Part shown: positions 49,887 through 60,915 of the stretch, in pieces
Layout: every line of letters begins with the position of its first letter
Numbering within the stretch: the stretch's first letter is position 1
From: an uncultured Acidobacteriota bacterium
Lineage (GTDB): Bacteria > Acidobacteriota > JAQAZP01
Length of the DNA: 64,000 nt
Assembly: GCA_963836075.1 (NCBI GenBank)
Contig: CAWIIB010000008.1
Span: 32,001-96,000, forward strand
Direction of reading: 5' to 3'
Notes under the pieces: model-generated
What the model saw: only the letters and a program-made list of their open reading frames with translations
The model's database searches: none
Told to the model about the DNA's origin: nothing
Made by a program: the position numbers and the translations under genes

Positions 49887-52169
49887 ATGGAGAAGGACCC
49901 AGTCTGCGGCATGGAAGTGGATCCGTCAGGCAGCGTGAAGGCCGAGCGCGACGGTAAAACACACTACTTCTGCTGTTCGGGCTGCCGCGACACCTTCCTT
50001 GGCGAAACCGAAGAGGCGTCCGGCCGGCATAACGCGAAGCGGGCACCGGACAAGGCCTACTTCTGTCCGATGTGTGAGGGGGTGGAAAGCGACCTCCCCG
50101 GCGAATGCCCCAAGTGCGGCATGGCGCTGGAACCGAAGGAGGCCCGGAGGGCGGAGGATGACGGTGAGCTGCGGACGATGACCCGCCGTTTCTGGGCCGC
50201 CCTGGTCCTCACCTTGCCCCTGTTCCTGATCTCCATGGGTGAGATGATCCCGTTCTTCAGCGGGCGCCTGGAGGATCTGGCCGGCCGTGCCGCCTGGCAG
50301 TGGCTGCAGCCGGCGCTCAGCACGCCGGTGGTCCTCTGGGCCGGCTGGCCGCTGCTCGAGCGCGCATGGCGATCGGTGGTAAACCACAGCCTCAACATGT
50401 TCAGCTTGATCGGCCTCGGTGTCGGCGTCGCGTACCTCTACAGCCTGGTGGCCCTGCTCTTCCCGCAGATTTTTCCGGCAGCCTTCCGGCGCGCGGACGG
50501 AGCCGTGGCCGTCTACTTCGAAGCCGCGGCAATGATCACCACCCTGGTCTTGCTGGGGCAGGTGCTGGAACTCGGTGCCCGGCGGCGTACCGGTGATGCG
50601 GTGCGCGGACTGCTCGAACTGGCCCCGGCCAGGGCCCGGGTCGTGCGGAACGGGGATGAGGAGGACGTCGCCCTCGAAGACGTGGTTGCCGGGGATCTGG
50701 TGCGCGTGCGGCCGGGGGAAAACATCCCCGTTGACGGTTTGATTCGAAAGGGCGAGAGTTCCATAGACGAGTCGATGATCACCGGTGAGCCGGTGCCTCG
50801 GGACAAGGGGCCGGGGGACTCGGTCATCGGCGGCACGCTGAACCAGTCGGGCTCCTTCCTGATGGAGGCCGTCACGGTGGGGAGCGATACGGTCCTGGCC
50901 CGGATCGTGGACATGGTCTCCAGCGCGCAGCGCAGCCGCACACCGATTCAGCGGGTCGCCGACCGGGTCGCCGCCTGGTTCGTTCCAGTGGTTATCGGAG
51001 CTGCGGCGATCACCTTTCTGGCGTGGGGTCTCCTCGGCCCTGAGCCGCGGCTGGCCCATGGCCTGGTCAACGCGGTGGCGGTGCTGATCATCGCCTGCCC
51101 CTGCGCGCTGGGCCTCGCCACCCCGATGTCGATCATGGTTGGCGTGGGGCGCGGGGCGCAGGCGGGGGTACTGATCAAGGAAGCCGAGGCGCTGGAGATT
51201 CTGGAACGGGTGGAAACGCTGATCATCGACAAAACCGGGACCCTCACCGAGGGCCGGCCGGCACTGGCCGAGGTCAGCACCCTGGGTGAAATGCCCGAGG
51301 AGGAGTTGCTTCGGCTGGCCGCCGCGATCGAGCGCAACAGCGAGCACCCGCTGGCCCGGGCCGTGGTGCGCGGCGCCGAAGAACGGGGCCTGTCGGTTCC
51401 GGACGCCGAGGGGTTCCGTTCCAGCACCGGCCGGGGCGTTACCGGAACCGTGGATGGCCGCTCCGTTACGGTGGGAAAGCTGTCTTTTCTCCTTGATCAG
51501 GGTATCGAGGATGTCCGCGCCTTCCAGCGGCGTGCTAACGAGTTGCGGGAGGAAGGCCATACGGTGGTCGGCGTATCGGTGGACGGAAACGCTGTGGGGC
51601 TGATCTCACTCGCCGATCCCGTCAGGGAGACCGCTTCCGAGGCCATCCGGACACTGCACCGGCAGGGCCTGAAGATCGTGATGGCCACCGGCGACCATGA
51701 GCGGACCGCCCGCAGCGTGGCGGACCGGCTGGGGCTTGATGCGATTCATGCCGGTGCAACCCCGCAGGACAAACATGATCTGATTATTGAGCTGCAGCGC
51801 AGGGGCATCCGGGTGGCCATGGCCGGCGACGGCGTCAACGATGCCCCCGCCCTGGCGGCCGCCGACGCGGGCATCGCCATGGGAAGCGGAACTGATGTCG
51901 CCATCGAGAACGCCGGCGTCACCCTGCTGCGGGGCGACCTGGGCGGTATCGTCAAGGCCTTTGCGCTCAGCCGCTCGGTGATGCGGAACATCCGGCAAAA
52001 CCTGTTCTTCGCTTTCGCCTACAACATCATTGGCCTGCCCGTGGCCGCCGGGGCTCTCTACCCTGCGTTCGGGCTTCTGCTCAGCCCGGTGATTGCCGCG
52101 GCAGCGATGAGCTTCAGCTCGGTCTCCGTGGTGGGCAACGCGCTGCGGCTGAGGCGCCAGGCCCTGTGA
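49887..52169 (+). CDS. copA: Cu(I)-translocating P1B-type ATPase with N-terminal YHS and heavy-metal-binding domains
   Basis: [55 protein letters not shown] and MSFSS motifs. Confidence 0.92.
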   Translation: MEKDPVCGMEVDPSGSVKAERDGKTHYFCCSGCRDTFLGETEEASGRHNAKRAPDKAYFCPMCEGVESDLPGECPKCGMALEPKEARRAEDDGELRTMTRRFWAALVLTLPLFLISMGEMIPFFSGRLEDLAGRAAWQWLQPALSTPVVLWAGWPLLERAWRSVVNHSLNMFSLIGLGVGVAYLYSLVALLFPQIFPAAFRRADGAVAVYFEAAAMITTLVLLGQVLELGARRRTGDAVRGLLELAPARARVVRNGDEEDVALEDVVAGDLVRVRPGENIPVDGLIRKGESSIDESMITGEPVPRDKGPGDSVIGGTLNQSGSFLMEAVTVGSDTVLARIVDMVSSAQRSRTPIQRVADRVAAWFVPVVIGAAAITFLAWGLLGPEPRLAHGLVNAVAVLIIACPCALGLATPMSIMVGVGRGAQAGVLIKEAEALEILERVETLIIDKTGTLTEGRPALAEVSTLGEMPEEELLRLAAAIERNSEHPLARAVVRGAEERGLSVPDAEGFRSSTGRGVTGTVDGRSVTVGKLSFLLDQGIEDVRAFQRRANELREEGHTVVGVSVDGNAVGLISLADPVRETASEAIRTLHRQGLKIVMATGDHERTARSVADRLGLDAIHAGATPQDKHDLIIELQRRGIRVAMAGDGVNDAPALAAADAGIAMGSGTDVAIENAGVTLLRGDLGGIVKAFALSRSVMRNIRQNLFFAFAYNIIGLPVAAGALYPAFGLLLSPVIAAAAMSFSSVSVVGNALRLRRQAL

Positions 52170-52303
52170 TCGGCAGGCCTTGACGAGTATGAGCGGCTCG
52201 AGCAGCTGCCCGATAGGACACCCTGTACGGCGTGCCGGTCACGACACCGCGCAAGGTCCTCTGTTCGGTGGCGGGGCAGGGATGGAGATCGGATCTTCGC
52301 GGA

Positions 52304-53924
52304 TCAGGCCGGCGCTTGAACGTGATCGCGGCCGTGCCTTATTCCTCTCAGGGCGGCCAGCGGGTCGAACTCCCCGTTTGCCACCTCCTCCACCGAGGGC
52401 ATCCGCTCGCCGCGCATCAGTTCCTCCATGGCCGCAAGCTGTGCGGCGCGGCGGTTTCCCGCAACCGCCAGGACCTGGTCATCTTTGACATAGTAGGCCA
52501 GGAACTCGTCATCCTCCAGGCTGCCTTCGATGAGGACGCCGTCCCAGTCCGAGGCATGACCCACATACTTGAAGTTCAATCCGGCCTGTTTGGTCCAGAA
52601 AAACGGGATGCCGCGGTATGGCACGCCGTGGCCCAGCATGTTCAGGGCCGCCGTGCGCCCTTGCTGCATTGCTGTTCGCCAGTGTTCGATCCGGACCGGT
52701 TGTCCTGTTCGCCAATCGACATAGCGGGCGATGTCGCCGGCGGCGAATACCCGTTCAGCGGCCTGCAGGTACTGGTCGACACCGATACTGCCGTCCTCGT
52801 TCAGGTCGAAGTTTTGCAGGTATTCCGTGGCCGGTTCCACACCGATGCCGAAGATGACCAGATCGGCCTCCAGCCTTTCGCCGGTGTCCAAAACCAGGTG
52901 ATCGACGTAGTCTTTCCCTTCCAGTCGTTCAACCCGGCGCTCCAGCTGAAAGCGGACACCTTTCTGCTCGTGGCGCTGCTTGAAATAGGTGCCGATCTCT
53001 CTGCCGAAAGCGCGGTGAAACGGCACCGGTTCCGGTGACACCACGGTCACCTCGATGTCCCTTTCACGCAGGCTCGCCGCAGCCTCCAGGGCAATGAAAC
53101 CGCTGCCCACCATCACGACCCGTGGCGCTTTTTCGGCGGCCTCCACGATCTGGTCGGCGGACCTGTAATCGCGCAGGGTCTTCACGTTCCCCAACTCGGC
53201 CCCCGGCACGCCGATGGGGCGCGGCTGGCCGCCAGTGGTCAGCAGCAGTGCGTCGTAACTGATTCGCCCGCCGTCGGCAAACTCGAGGAACTGCTTTGTC
53301 GGATCGACAAGGCGTCACTTCCGTCCCCAGGAGCAGTTCGATATCGTGCTCGCGGTAGAAATCGTGCGAGCGCAAGGGCATCCAGTCCGGGTCCATTTCT
53401 CCGGCCAGGTAGTCCTTGCTCAGGTTTGGGCGGTCATAGGGAAACCTGTTTTCGCGCGACACGACGACCAGGCGACCCGTAAACCCGTATTCGCGCAGGG
53501 TCTGGGCTGCCATGTAGCCGGCGGCGCCGGCGCCGACGATGACAAACACCCGCTGGTCATTCAGCATGTCATGTGTTGCCATCTCCGGCGGCCTTTCGTC
53601 GGCGACTTTTTCAGGCAGTCTGGTGACGACATTGTCTCCGAGGACCCTTGTCTCGAACACATGTATTCCGTCAATGGCCGGCGGTTCCTTCAGCGCTCCG
53701 GAGGCGACATCGAAGACGGCATGGTGCCACGGGCAGACCACACGAGTGCCGTTCAGCGCTCCCTGGGCCAGCGGCGCCCCGTAGTGCGGGCAGTTGGCCA
53801 CGGTGGTGTGGTAATCGTCGCCGCAGCGGACGAGCAGCAACTTCTGACCGTCAACGGTGACTTCCTTCATTTCACCATCAGCCAACTCGTCAGTGCCGGC
53901 GATAATCTTGTCCCTTGACTGCAT
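52304..53924 (-). CDS. Rieske 2Fe-2S plus FAD/NADH ferredoxin-reductase fusion (AIF-like); one apparent +1 frameshift (~53311)
   Basis: CPHYGAPL...CPWH Rieske motif; GAGAAG, PYDRP.LSK, GSGFIALE, AAGDIA, RIEHW and PFFW. Confidence 0.88.
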
Positions 53925-54010
53925 GTTGCTTCCTCCAGTGCTCGCTTGTCGTGTTGTCCTGCCTTCGAGGATGATTCGATCGGCCGCGCGCGGTCTCGAA
54001 AACGGTGCGC

Positions 54011-54037
54011 CCCACCCCCCCCTGCGGGGGGGGTGGG
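54011..54037. other. Perfect C/G homopolymer hairpin between csbD and the Rieske gene
   Basis: CCCACCCCCCCC-TGC-GGGGGGGGTGGG. Confidence 0.7.
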
Positions 54038-54048
54038 AATCCATGCGA

Positions 54049-54255
54049 TCAACCCACCATCAAAGTGCGCTCGAAATCGGCAACCTGCATCTCGGCGACC
54101 GTTCGTTCGAGGTGGTAAGTGTTCTCCACCTGCGCCACCAGTGCGTCGCGGTCGCCGTCGATTTTTCTCACGTCTTCCGCAGTGAGGGCTGTCCAGCGGT
54201 AGGGGATCTTTTCCTTGGCCTTGGCCCACTGCTCCTTGAGTAATCGCGAACCCAT
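54049..54255 (-). CDS. csbD: CsbD-family general stress protein
   Basis: W...K.KI..RW..LT..D...IDG.RD.LV..V...Y......AE.QV..F pattern; AAGGAG RBS. Confidence 0.8.
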   Translation of the reverse strand: MGSRLLKEQWAKAKEKIPYRWTALTAEDVRKIDGDRDALVAQVENTYHLERTVAEMQVADFERTLMVG

Positions 54256-54472
54256 TGTTTACTCCTTTCGCGTGGTGCTCTGCGGAACGTGTCCGCCATT
54301 CCAGTCGTCCCTCCAATCATGAGCCCCGCAGGGGCTTTCGAACATCGGAGCGGCCCTGATTCAGGCATTCGAATATCCTGAGAGCCGCCCGCCGGGGGTT
54401 CTGGCGGAGTGGTTTCCGCAACTGATGATATACTGCGTCAAAGATGGTCAACGCCCACAGGAGGGTTTCTCG

Positions 54473-55978
54473 ATGACAGCAGCGGGCGGTTCTGTCCTCA
54501 TTCTCGACCTGGACCCGGACTCGGCGGGAGAGGACTGCGCCACTGCCGCCAAAGTGGTTCGGGGTCTGGGGTTCAGTGTAGAGTTGACCTGTGATTCAGC
54601 CGAAGCGGCACAGCGGGTGCGGTTGGCCGGAACGGATCTGGTCATCGTGGCCCTTGCCGTGCCGAGTCAGAGCATTCTGGACCTTGTCAGCCAGTTCAGG
54701 GAGGTCGATCCCCGGCTGGCGATTATTCTCATCAGCGGCCGCCCTTCCCTGGAGTTCGTCACCTGGGCACTGCACAACGGGGTTTCCGCGTTTCTGACCA
54801 GGCCTTTGAAAACAGAGGAGTTGCTTTCCCATGTCCACGCTGCACTGGAAAAACAGAAACTGCAGCGGCAAAACGAGAACCTGCTCGAAACGGCGCGGCG
54901 GCAGATCATCGAGCGCCAAGTCAGTGAGCAGGCGCTCGAGGAGTCCGAACGGCGCTTCTATCAATTCATGGATTTTTTCCCCGGTCTCTCCTATATCAAG
55001 GACGACCGTGGGCGCTATCTGTTCATCAACAGATATGCCGAACAGGAGCTCGGCTGGCCGGTCCGCGAGTGCCTCGGGCACCGTAACGGCAACATGTGGC
55101 CGCAAGCGCTTGCCGAGGCGATCGCCCGCGATGAAGCTGAAGTGATTGCTGCCGCAAAGCTCCTGCTTCGAGTCTACGATCTACCGTCGTCAAGGGGTGC
55201 TGTCCCGCACGAGACGTACCTCTTCAGAATATCCCCGGGCAGCGGCAACTTCCGTCTCGGGGCACTGTGTCTCGATATCACCGAGCGGCAGTGGGCGGAA
55301 AAGACCATCGAGAACTACCAGCTCCGGTTGAGAGCCCTGGTTTCCCAGATTTCGCTCAACGAGCAACGGCAGCAAAGGACGATTGCTCAGCAATTGCACG
55401 ATGATTTCGGCCGTTCGTTGACACTGAGTAAAATGAAAGTGACGGAGGCGCTCACAAACGAGCTGCCGGGGGAAACGCGAGCGGACCTCGACGCAGCGAT
55501 CGAGCACCTGGATCACGCCATTAAATTCACCCGGTCCCTCACCGCACAGCTGGCCTCTCCCGTGCTCTACGAACTGGGGCTCGAATCGGCTCTGGAAAGG
55601 CTGGTGGAGGACACCGCCGAACAGCACGAGCTGGAAATATCCATCGATAACGACGGGGAGCCGAAGCCGCTCAATACCGATGTTCAGATGGTGGTTTACC
55701 AGTGCGTCAGGGAGCTTTTGCTTAATATCATCAAGCACGCGGAGGCCGAGCTTGTCTCAGTTTCGATCCGTCGCAGCGGAAAGCACATGCAGCTGATCGT
55801 GTCTGACGATGGCCTTGGGTTCAACCACGATCCCAAAAAGCTCGCCCGCGTGGGCGAGACCGGTTTCGGTCTGTTCAGCATACAGGAGCGCCTGGAACAT
55901 CTCGGTGGGGGCATTTCCATCAACTCCATCCCTGGTGAGGGCACTGTCATCAGGCTGACGGTTCCACTTGAGACGTGA
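54473..55978 (+). CDS. Cytoplasmic sensor histidine kinase (pseudo-REC, PAS, HisKA_3, HATPase)
   Basis: IAQQLHDDFG, ELLLNIIKHA, VSDDGLGF, GFGLFSIQERL and S.PGEGT motifs. Confidence 0.9.
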   Translation: MTAAGGSVLILDLDPDSAGEDCATAAKVVRGLGFSVELTCDSAEAAQRVRLAGTDLVIVALAVPSQSILDLVSQFREVDPRLAIILISGRPSLEFVTWALHNGVSAFLTRPLKTEELLSHVHAALEKQKLQRQNENLLETARRQIIERQVSEQALEESERRFYQFMDFFPGLSYIKDDRGRYLFINRYAEQELGWPVRECLGHRNGNMWPQALAEAIARDEAEVIAAAKLLLRVYDLPSSRGAVPHETYLFRISPGSGNFRLGALCLDITERQWAEKTIENYQLRLRALVSQISLNEQRQQRTIAQQLHDDFGRSLTLSKMKVTEALTNELPGETRADLDAAIEHLDHAIKFTRSLTAQLASPVLYELGLESALERLVEDTAEQHELEISIDNDGEPKPLNTDVQMVVYQCVRELLLNIIKHAEAELVSVSIRRSGKHMQLIVSDDGLGFNHDPKKLARVGETGFGLFSIQERLEHLGGGISINSIPGEGTVIRLTVPLET

Positions 55979-56012
55979 TCGCCGGCGGCGCCGGCGTGCT
56001 GGAGGGGGGAAG

Positions 56013-56666
56013 ATGAGCGTGAAGATTCTACTGGTGGACGATCAGAAAATCCTGCGGCAGGGCTTGCGTGCACTGCTGGAAAAGCAAACCGGCCTGACGG
56101 TGGCCGGCGAAGCCAGCGACGGGCGGGAAGCAGTCAAGCTGGCCGGAGAGCTCAAGCCCGATGTGGTTGTCATGGATGTGGCCATGCCCGGTCTCAACGG
56201 GATCGAGGCGACCAAGCAGATCGTCGCCGAAGATCCGAAAGCGAGGATCGTGGCCCTCTCGATGCATGCAGACAAGCAGTTCGTCTCCCGGATGTTCGAG
56301 GCCGGCGCCTCCGGGTACCTGTTGAAGGACTGTGCGGTGGACGAATTGTCCGAGGCCATCCGCACCGTTCTCAAGGGAAACTCTTACCTGGGGAAGAAGA
56401 TATCGGACGTGGTTCTCGACGACTACGTGATGCGGATCAGAGAGCCGCACGTCGTCGAGGTCCGCGAGTTGACGCCCCGGGAGCGGGAAGTGCTCCAGCT
56501 TATCTCCGAAGGGCAGACAACGAAGGAAATCGCATTCAATCTTGACATCAGCGTTAAAACAGTCGAAACGCACCGCCGGAACATGATGGAAAAGTTGAAT
56601 ATGGATTCAGTGGCAGAGTTGACCAAGTACGCCATCCGCCAGGGTATCACGTCCCTGGATGTTTGA
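56013..56666 (+). CDS. NarL/LuxR-family response regulator
   Basis: ILLVDD, VMDVAMP, GYLLK, LTPREREVL and ISVKTVETHR motifs. Confidence 0.95.
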   Translation: MSVKILLVDDQKILRQGLRALLEKQTGLTVAGEASDGREAVKLAGELKPDVVVMDVAMPGLNGIEATKQIVAEDPKARIVALSMHADKQFVSRMFEAGASGYLLKDCAVDELSEAIRTVLKGNSYLGKKISDVVLDDYVMRIREPHVVEVRELTPREREVLQLISEGQTTKEIAFNLDISVKTVETHRRNMMEKLNMDSVAELTKYAIRQGITSLDV

Positions 56667-56705
56667 TCCGAAAACGGGCGAGACCGGTCTCTTTCGATAC
56701 GCCGC

Positions 56706-57059
56706 TCAACTGTTGAGCGAAACGGAGCCGATCGGCTGGTCGCGTTCGTCGACCACAACCAGCCAGTTGACCTTGTTCTCCCGCATCAGATGTGCCGCTG
56801 TCTCAACCGTATCATCCGCACGGCAGGTGACCGGCCTGTCCTTCATGATCCGCCGCACCGGAATCCTGTTCAGCCTGGCGTCCCTGGCGACAACTTTTGA
56901 TACGAGATCGCCCTCCGATATCACGCCGATCACTCCGGACTCGTTTGTGACGACCAGCCAGGGGGCCCCATGCCGGGCCATCTTCTGAGCGGCCTCCACT
57001 ATCGAATCATCCGATGTGGCCGTCAGCGAATTTGATTTCATAACGTGCTTAACAAGCAT
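56706..57059 (-). CDS. Stand-alone tandem CBS domain protein
   Basis: VKHVM, GVISEGDL, VRRIM and AA.LM.ENKV..L.VVD motifs; C-terminus looks short. Confidence 0.85.
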   Translation of the reverse strand: MLVKHVMKSNSLTATSDDSIVEAAQKMARHGAPWLVVTNESGVIGVISEGDLVSKVVARDARLNRIPVRRIMKDRPVTCRADDTVETAAHLMRENKVNWLVVVDERDQPIGSVSLNS

Positions 57060-57621
57060 TTCCTGATATCCGGGTCTGGTGTTTCAGGGGAAGGCGAGCG
57101 TTGCGGCTCATGAGACGCGCGCCCCTTTCTGGATTTTTTGTCATCGTCCAGCAATTCCTCCCCATCCGATAGTCTCTTACCCTTGCCGCTCATCACCTTT
57201 TTAGTTCATGTTTACACCGCTCCGGGCTATCGGGCAATCAGGGATTTCCTTACATTCGACTATTCCTCCCCGGAAACGGGGGCCTGCCGGGGGATCACCA
57301 CCCTCGACAGCTGAGCCGGGCCGCCCCGAGCTGAGCCCCCCACCTTATCCCCGCCCTCCGAAAGTCCAGCCCATCCCCGCTTCCAACAGCGCATCAGCCG
57401 GAGGGATGCATTGGCCCCCCGGCGAGAAACGGGGGCTAAGGAAATGCGCAGTGCCATGTCAGGGCTCCGCCGATTGGCGGCGCTTCCCCCAGCCGTTAGA
57501 TTATACCGAGAGACGATGATGGCCGGTGCTTCGCCGCGCTGATGATCGGCATATCGTTACCCCCCGAACCGGGCCCGGGGACGGCCGGGGTGGACCAATA
57601 CTCGGCGAAAGGAGATAGCAG

Positions 57622-58173
57622 ATGAACACGAACACCTACAACAGGATCCTCTGTGCCACCGACTTCAGCGATCCGTCTTACGAGGGCCTCTCCGCGGCCG
57701 CTGACATGGCCCGGAAGCTCAACGCGACACTGACGGTGATCCATGTCATTACACCGATGCCGTTGCTGCCCTCGACGCCAGCTTTCGCGCCGACCGGAAT
57801 CGAGCTGAAGCACTACCTGGACAACGTGGAAGCTTCGGCCAGGGAGGAACTGAGCCGACTCTCCTCCCGCTACTCATCCCCGGGCCTCGAAATCAGCACG
57901 ACGGTCCGCACCGGTGACCCGGCCGAGGAAATCGTGGATTTCGCTGCCGCCAACCGCTGCGACATGATCGTGCTCTCCACCCACGGGCACAGCGGCTGGA
58001 AGCGCCTGATGACCGGATCAGTGGCAGAGAAGGTGGTCCGGTCGGCCAACCGTGCGGTGCTCACCATTCACCGCACTGACGACGAGCATAAGGGCGATTC
58101 CGCAAACCAGGAACAGGAATCGGCCCCCGGGCTCGTCGAGGCGCGAGGTGTCCCGATGGCTGACCTGAGCTGA
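57622..58173 (+). CDS. Universal stress protein (UspA family), paralog of 43336-43842
   Basis: ILCATDFSDPS ... IVLSTHGHSGWKRL.TGSVAEKVVR. Confidence 0.93.
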   Translation: MNTNTYNRILCATDFSDPSYEGLSAAADMARKLNATLTVIHVITPMPLLPSTPAFAPTGIELKHYLDNVEASAREELSRLSSRYSSPGLEISTTVRTGDPAEEIVDFAAANRCDMIVLSTHGHSGWKRLMTGSVAEKVVRSANRAVLTIHRTDDEHKGDSANQEQESAPGLVEARGVPMADLS

Positions 58174-58181
58174 GCAGGCCC

Positions 58182-58216
58182 CCCGGGATGTCCTGGCTGT
58201 GCCGGGACATCCCGGG
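58182..58216. terminator. Hairpin between convergent USP and DAC genes
   Basis: CCCGGGATGTCCTGGC-TGT-GCCGGGACATCCCGGG. Confidence 0.6.
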
Positions 58217-58237
58217 TTCAATCGATGCCGCCCGGCC

Positions 58238-59143
58238 TTAAATCGGCCGGTTCAGCGACATCACCTCGGTGCCCGATGAGTAGACGGTGACCGTTCCCGA
58301 CGATTCGGAAATGACGATGGCCAGGGATTTTGAACGGGCTGTGGCCGCAGCTGCGGCCAGGTGGCGGGACCCGAGCCCTTTGCGGACCTTTACCTTTTTC
58401 GAGACCGGGGCATCGAGGTACATTCCTGCGCCCTCCACGACACCCTGCTGGTTGATGAGGAAGGCCCCGTCCAGGGCCGACAGCTCGCGCATCGTCTCCA
58501 CGAAATCATCGTCGTGGATCGACCGGTGTTTTTGGGGATGCCCGGCACACGGGTTGAGAATCAGCGGCCGGGCCAGGCGCTCGAGTTCATCGCTGTCCCC
58601 CAGCAGGAACACCGTGCCCACCGGTTTCCCCTCCCGGCCCTCCGCCGAGAATTTCAGGGCGATTTCGATGAGCCTGACGAATACCTGGGAGTCGGGCAAT
58701 CCCTTCCTTCGGCTGATTGAATGCTTGGCAAACCACGCGAAATCTCTCTTCGGGTTGGCTATGAGCAGGTTGTCGAGGCGGCGGGATCCCGCGACCCCGA
58801 CCAGGCAGAGCACCGTCTCGCTCTCCTTGAGCGCACCGTTCAGGATGGCGATGACCAGCGCCAGGGTGACCTGATCCATGCGGCCGGTGGGCGACCTGGG
58901 CATCTCGACGCAGTGGTCGTTCTCCTGGACCAGGCTCCCCAGTGAGTCCCTGTCGTGGGCGACCCAGATCAGTGATTCGGTGCGGCGGTGCTTCTCGACC
59001 AGCCTGCGGTCGGTGATCAGTTCGGCAATGACCAGCACGCGCCGGATCCGCGACTCACGCGCCAGTTCGAAGCCGTGCTTGACAAGCAGATGTGTCTCGA
59101 CCGTCTCGTTCGCCACTTTCGACGGTTTAACCTGTTTGACCAT
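58238..59143 (-). CDS. Diadenylate cyclase (DAC/DisA_N domain, DacZ-like architecture)
   Basis: EGREGKPVGT.F..GD, ELSALDGAF, GLGSRHLAAA and ISESSG.V motifs; N-terminal alpha/beta domain; no TM segment. Confidence 0.85.
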   Translation of the reverse strand: MVKQVKPSKVANETVETHLLVKHGFELARESRIRRVLVIAELITDRRLVEKHRRTESLIWVAHDRDSLGSLVQENDHCVEMPRSPTGRMDQVTLALVIAILNGALKESETVLCLVGVAGSRRLDNLLIANPKRDFAWFAKHSISRRKGLPDSQVFVRLIEIALKFSAEGREGKPVGTVFLLGDSDELERLARPLILNPCAGHPQKHRSIHDDDFVETMRELSALDGAFLINQQGVVEGAGMYLDAPVSKKVKVRKGLGSRHLAAAAATARSKSLAIVISESSGTVTVYSSGTEVMSLNRPI

Positions 59144-59231
59144 GTTCTTTCATACTCCGGCAAGGCACCCTGCGCGGCAACGACGTCAACTTGATAGAAC
59201 TTCATTGTTTCGCCGGTCATCCTCCGGCCAT

Positions 59232-60881
59232 TCACCAGTTGGACCTCATCACGTTGAAAACGACCCAGAGGCCGAAGACCGCCGAAATGACATAGCCGGC
59301 GAGGCCGAGTACCGGGAAACCGAACAGCGACGGGCCGACGCCGGCGGTGATGATCAGCGAAGAACCGATGACCACTGCGGCGATGATGATCCCCACGGTC
59401 AGGCGGCTGCCGGCGTTGCTGATCGTCTGCTGGAGGTCGTCGAGATTCTCGTGACGAAACTTGATCGCCAGCTTGCCGCTTTCCAGCTTTTCGGTGATCT
59501 GACCCAGCCGGCGCGGCAGCTCCTGCTGCAGCGCCCAGAGCCGGCTGAGGCTGCCGCGCAACCCGCGCCAGATGTTTTCCGGCTTCCACTGCTCGACGGT
59601 CAGCTGCCGGACCAGCGGTTCGATCTCCGCGATGACGTTGAGCTCAGGATCGAGTTCGCGGGCGATGCCCTCGGCCATGACCAGCGCCTTGATCATGAAG
59701 GCGATGTTGCGCGGGAGGATCAGCCGGTGATCGATGAGCACGTCGGTGATCTCGATCAACAGTCCGCCCACGTCGAGTTGCTGGAGCGGCACGCTGTGGT
59801 AGCCGTCGAGCAGGTCCAGCAGGTCGCGCTGCAGTTCCGTTCGGCTGACGCGACCTGTTTCCCGGGTCAGCGCCAGCAGGACTTCCAGCAGACGCTCGCT
59901 GTCCTTGTTCACTGCCGCGTGGATCAGATCGGTGAGCTTGAAACGCATTTCGCGGGTCAGCCGGCCGACCATGCCGCAATCGAGCATGCAGAGCGTGCCG
60001 TCCGGCCGCACGACGATGTTGCCTGGATGGGGGTCGGCATGGAAGAAGCCGTCCGCGAGGATCTGCTTCACCACGATACGCAGCCCCCGGCGGGCGAGGT
60101 CGCGGCGCTGCCCGTCGTCGTCCGGCGCCGCCTCGTTCAGCCGGGTACCTTCCACCAGTTCCATTACCAGCAGTTCGCTGGTGGAGTAGCTCTCGTAAAT
60201 CCGTGGCACCTGCACCTGCGGGTCGCCGGCGAAGTTGGCCTGGAAGATCCTCATATGGCGCGCTTCGCGCCGGTAGTCCAGCTCGCGGTGGATCGTCCGC
60301 TTGAAATCCTCGACGAGACCGGGCAGATCGTAAACAACCGCAGCTTCCATCTTGCGGTGCAGCTGACCGGCGAGCAGTTCCATGATTGCGATGTCGCTTT
60401 CGATGACTTTCGCGATGTCCGGCCGCTGCACTTTCACCGCCACCGGTTCCCTCGGCTCCCGCAAAACGGCCCGGTGCACCTGGGCCAGCGAGGCGGAGGC
60501 CACCGGCGCTTCATCGAACTGGATGAACGCGTCCTCCAGCGGCTGGTCGAGGCTGCGCTCGACCTGTCGCCGGACATCGGCGAAGGGGATCGTCCTCACC
60601 TCGTCGTGAAGCCGCCGCAGCTCGGCAACAAGGTCCTGCGGGAGAAGGTCCGGCCGCATGCCGAGGATCTGGCCGAACTTGACGAATGTCGGGCCGAGCT
60701 CTTCCAGCGCCCGGCGAAGGCGCACGGCATGACTGGTCCCTTCCCCCGCCCGCGTCACTTTCTGCAGCAGCAGTTTTCCGGGAATCTCCAGGCGCTCGAC
60801 GACATCGTCGAAGCCGTATTTCAACAGGACGACGACGATGCTTCTCAAGCGGCCGATATGCTTTATCGCGCTCAGGTCCAA
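59232..60881 (-). CDS. ABC1/AarF/UbiB-family atypical protein kinase
   Basis: LGPTFVKFGQ, ASASLAQVH, VAVKVQRP, ELDY..EA, FFHADPHPGN and LDCGMVG motifs; two C-terminal TMs. Confidence 0.94.
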   Translation of the reverse strand: MDLSAIKHIGRLRSIVVVLLKYGFDDVVERLEIPGKLLLQKVTRAGEGTSHAVRLRRALEELGPTFVKFGQILGMRPDLLPQDLVAELRRLHDEVRTIPFADVRRQVERSLDQPLEDAFIQFDEAPVASASLAQVHRAVLREPREPVAVKVQRPDIAKVIESDIAIMELLAGQLHRKMEAAVVYDLPGLVEDFKRTIHRELDYRREARHMRIFQANFAGDPQVQVPRIYESYSTSELLVMELVEGTRLNEAAPDDDGQRRDLARRGLRIVVKQILADGFFHADPHPGNIVVRPDGTLCMLDCGMVGRLTREMRFKLTDLIHAAVNKDSERLLEVLLALTRETGRVSRTELQRDLLDLLDGYHSVPLQQLDVGGLLIEITDVLIDHRLILPRNIAFMIKALVMAEGIARELDPELNVIAEIEPLVRQLTVEQWKPENIWRGLRGSLSRLWALQQELPRRLGQITEKLESGKLAIKFRHENLDDLQQTISNAGSRLTVGIIIAAVVIGSSLIITAGVGPSLFGFPVLGLAGYVISAVFGLWVVFNVMRSNW

Positions 60882-60915
60882 GGCTTCACACTCCTCTCCT
60901 GCCCGCGATTAGCGT

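Noticed and set aside
57060-57620. c-di-AMP or c-di-GMP riboswitch in long intergenic gaps (here and at 35000-35460, 44830-45190, 49400-49880, 61300-61690)
   Set aside because: No ydaO or GEMM consensus elements were recognisable by eye. An Infernal/Rfam scan would be needed to exclude them properly.
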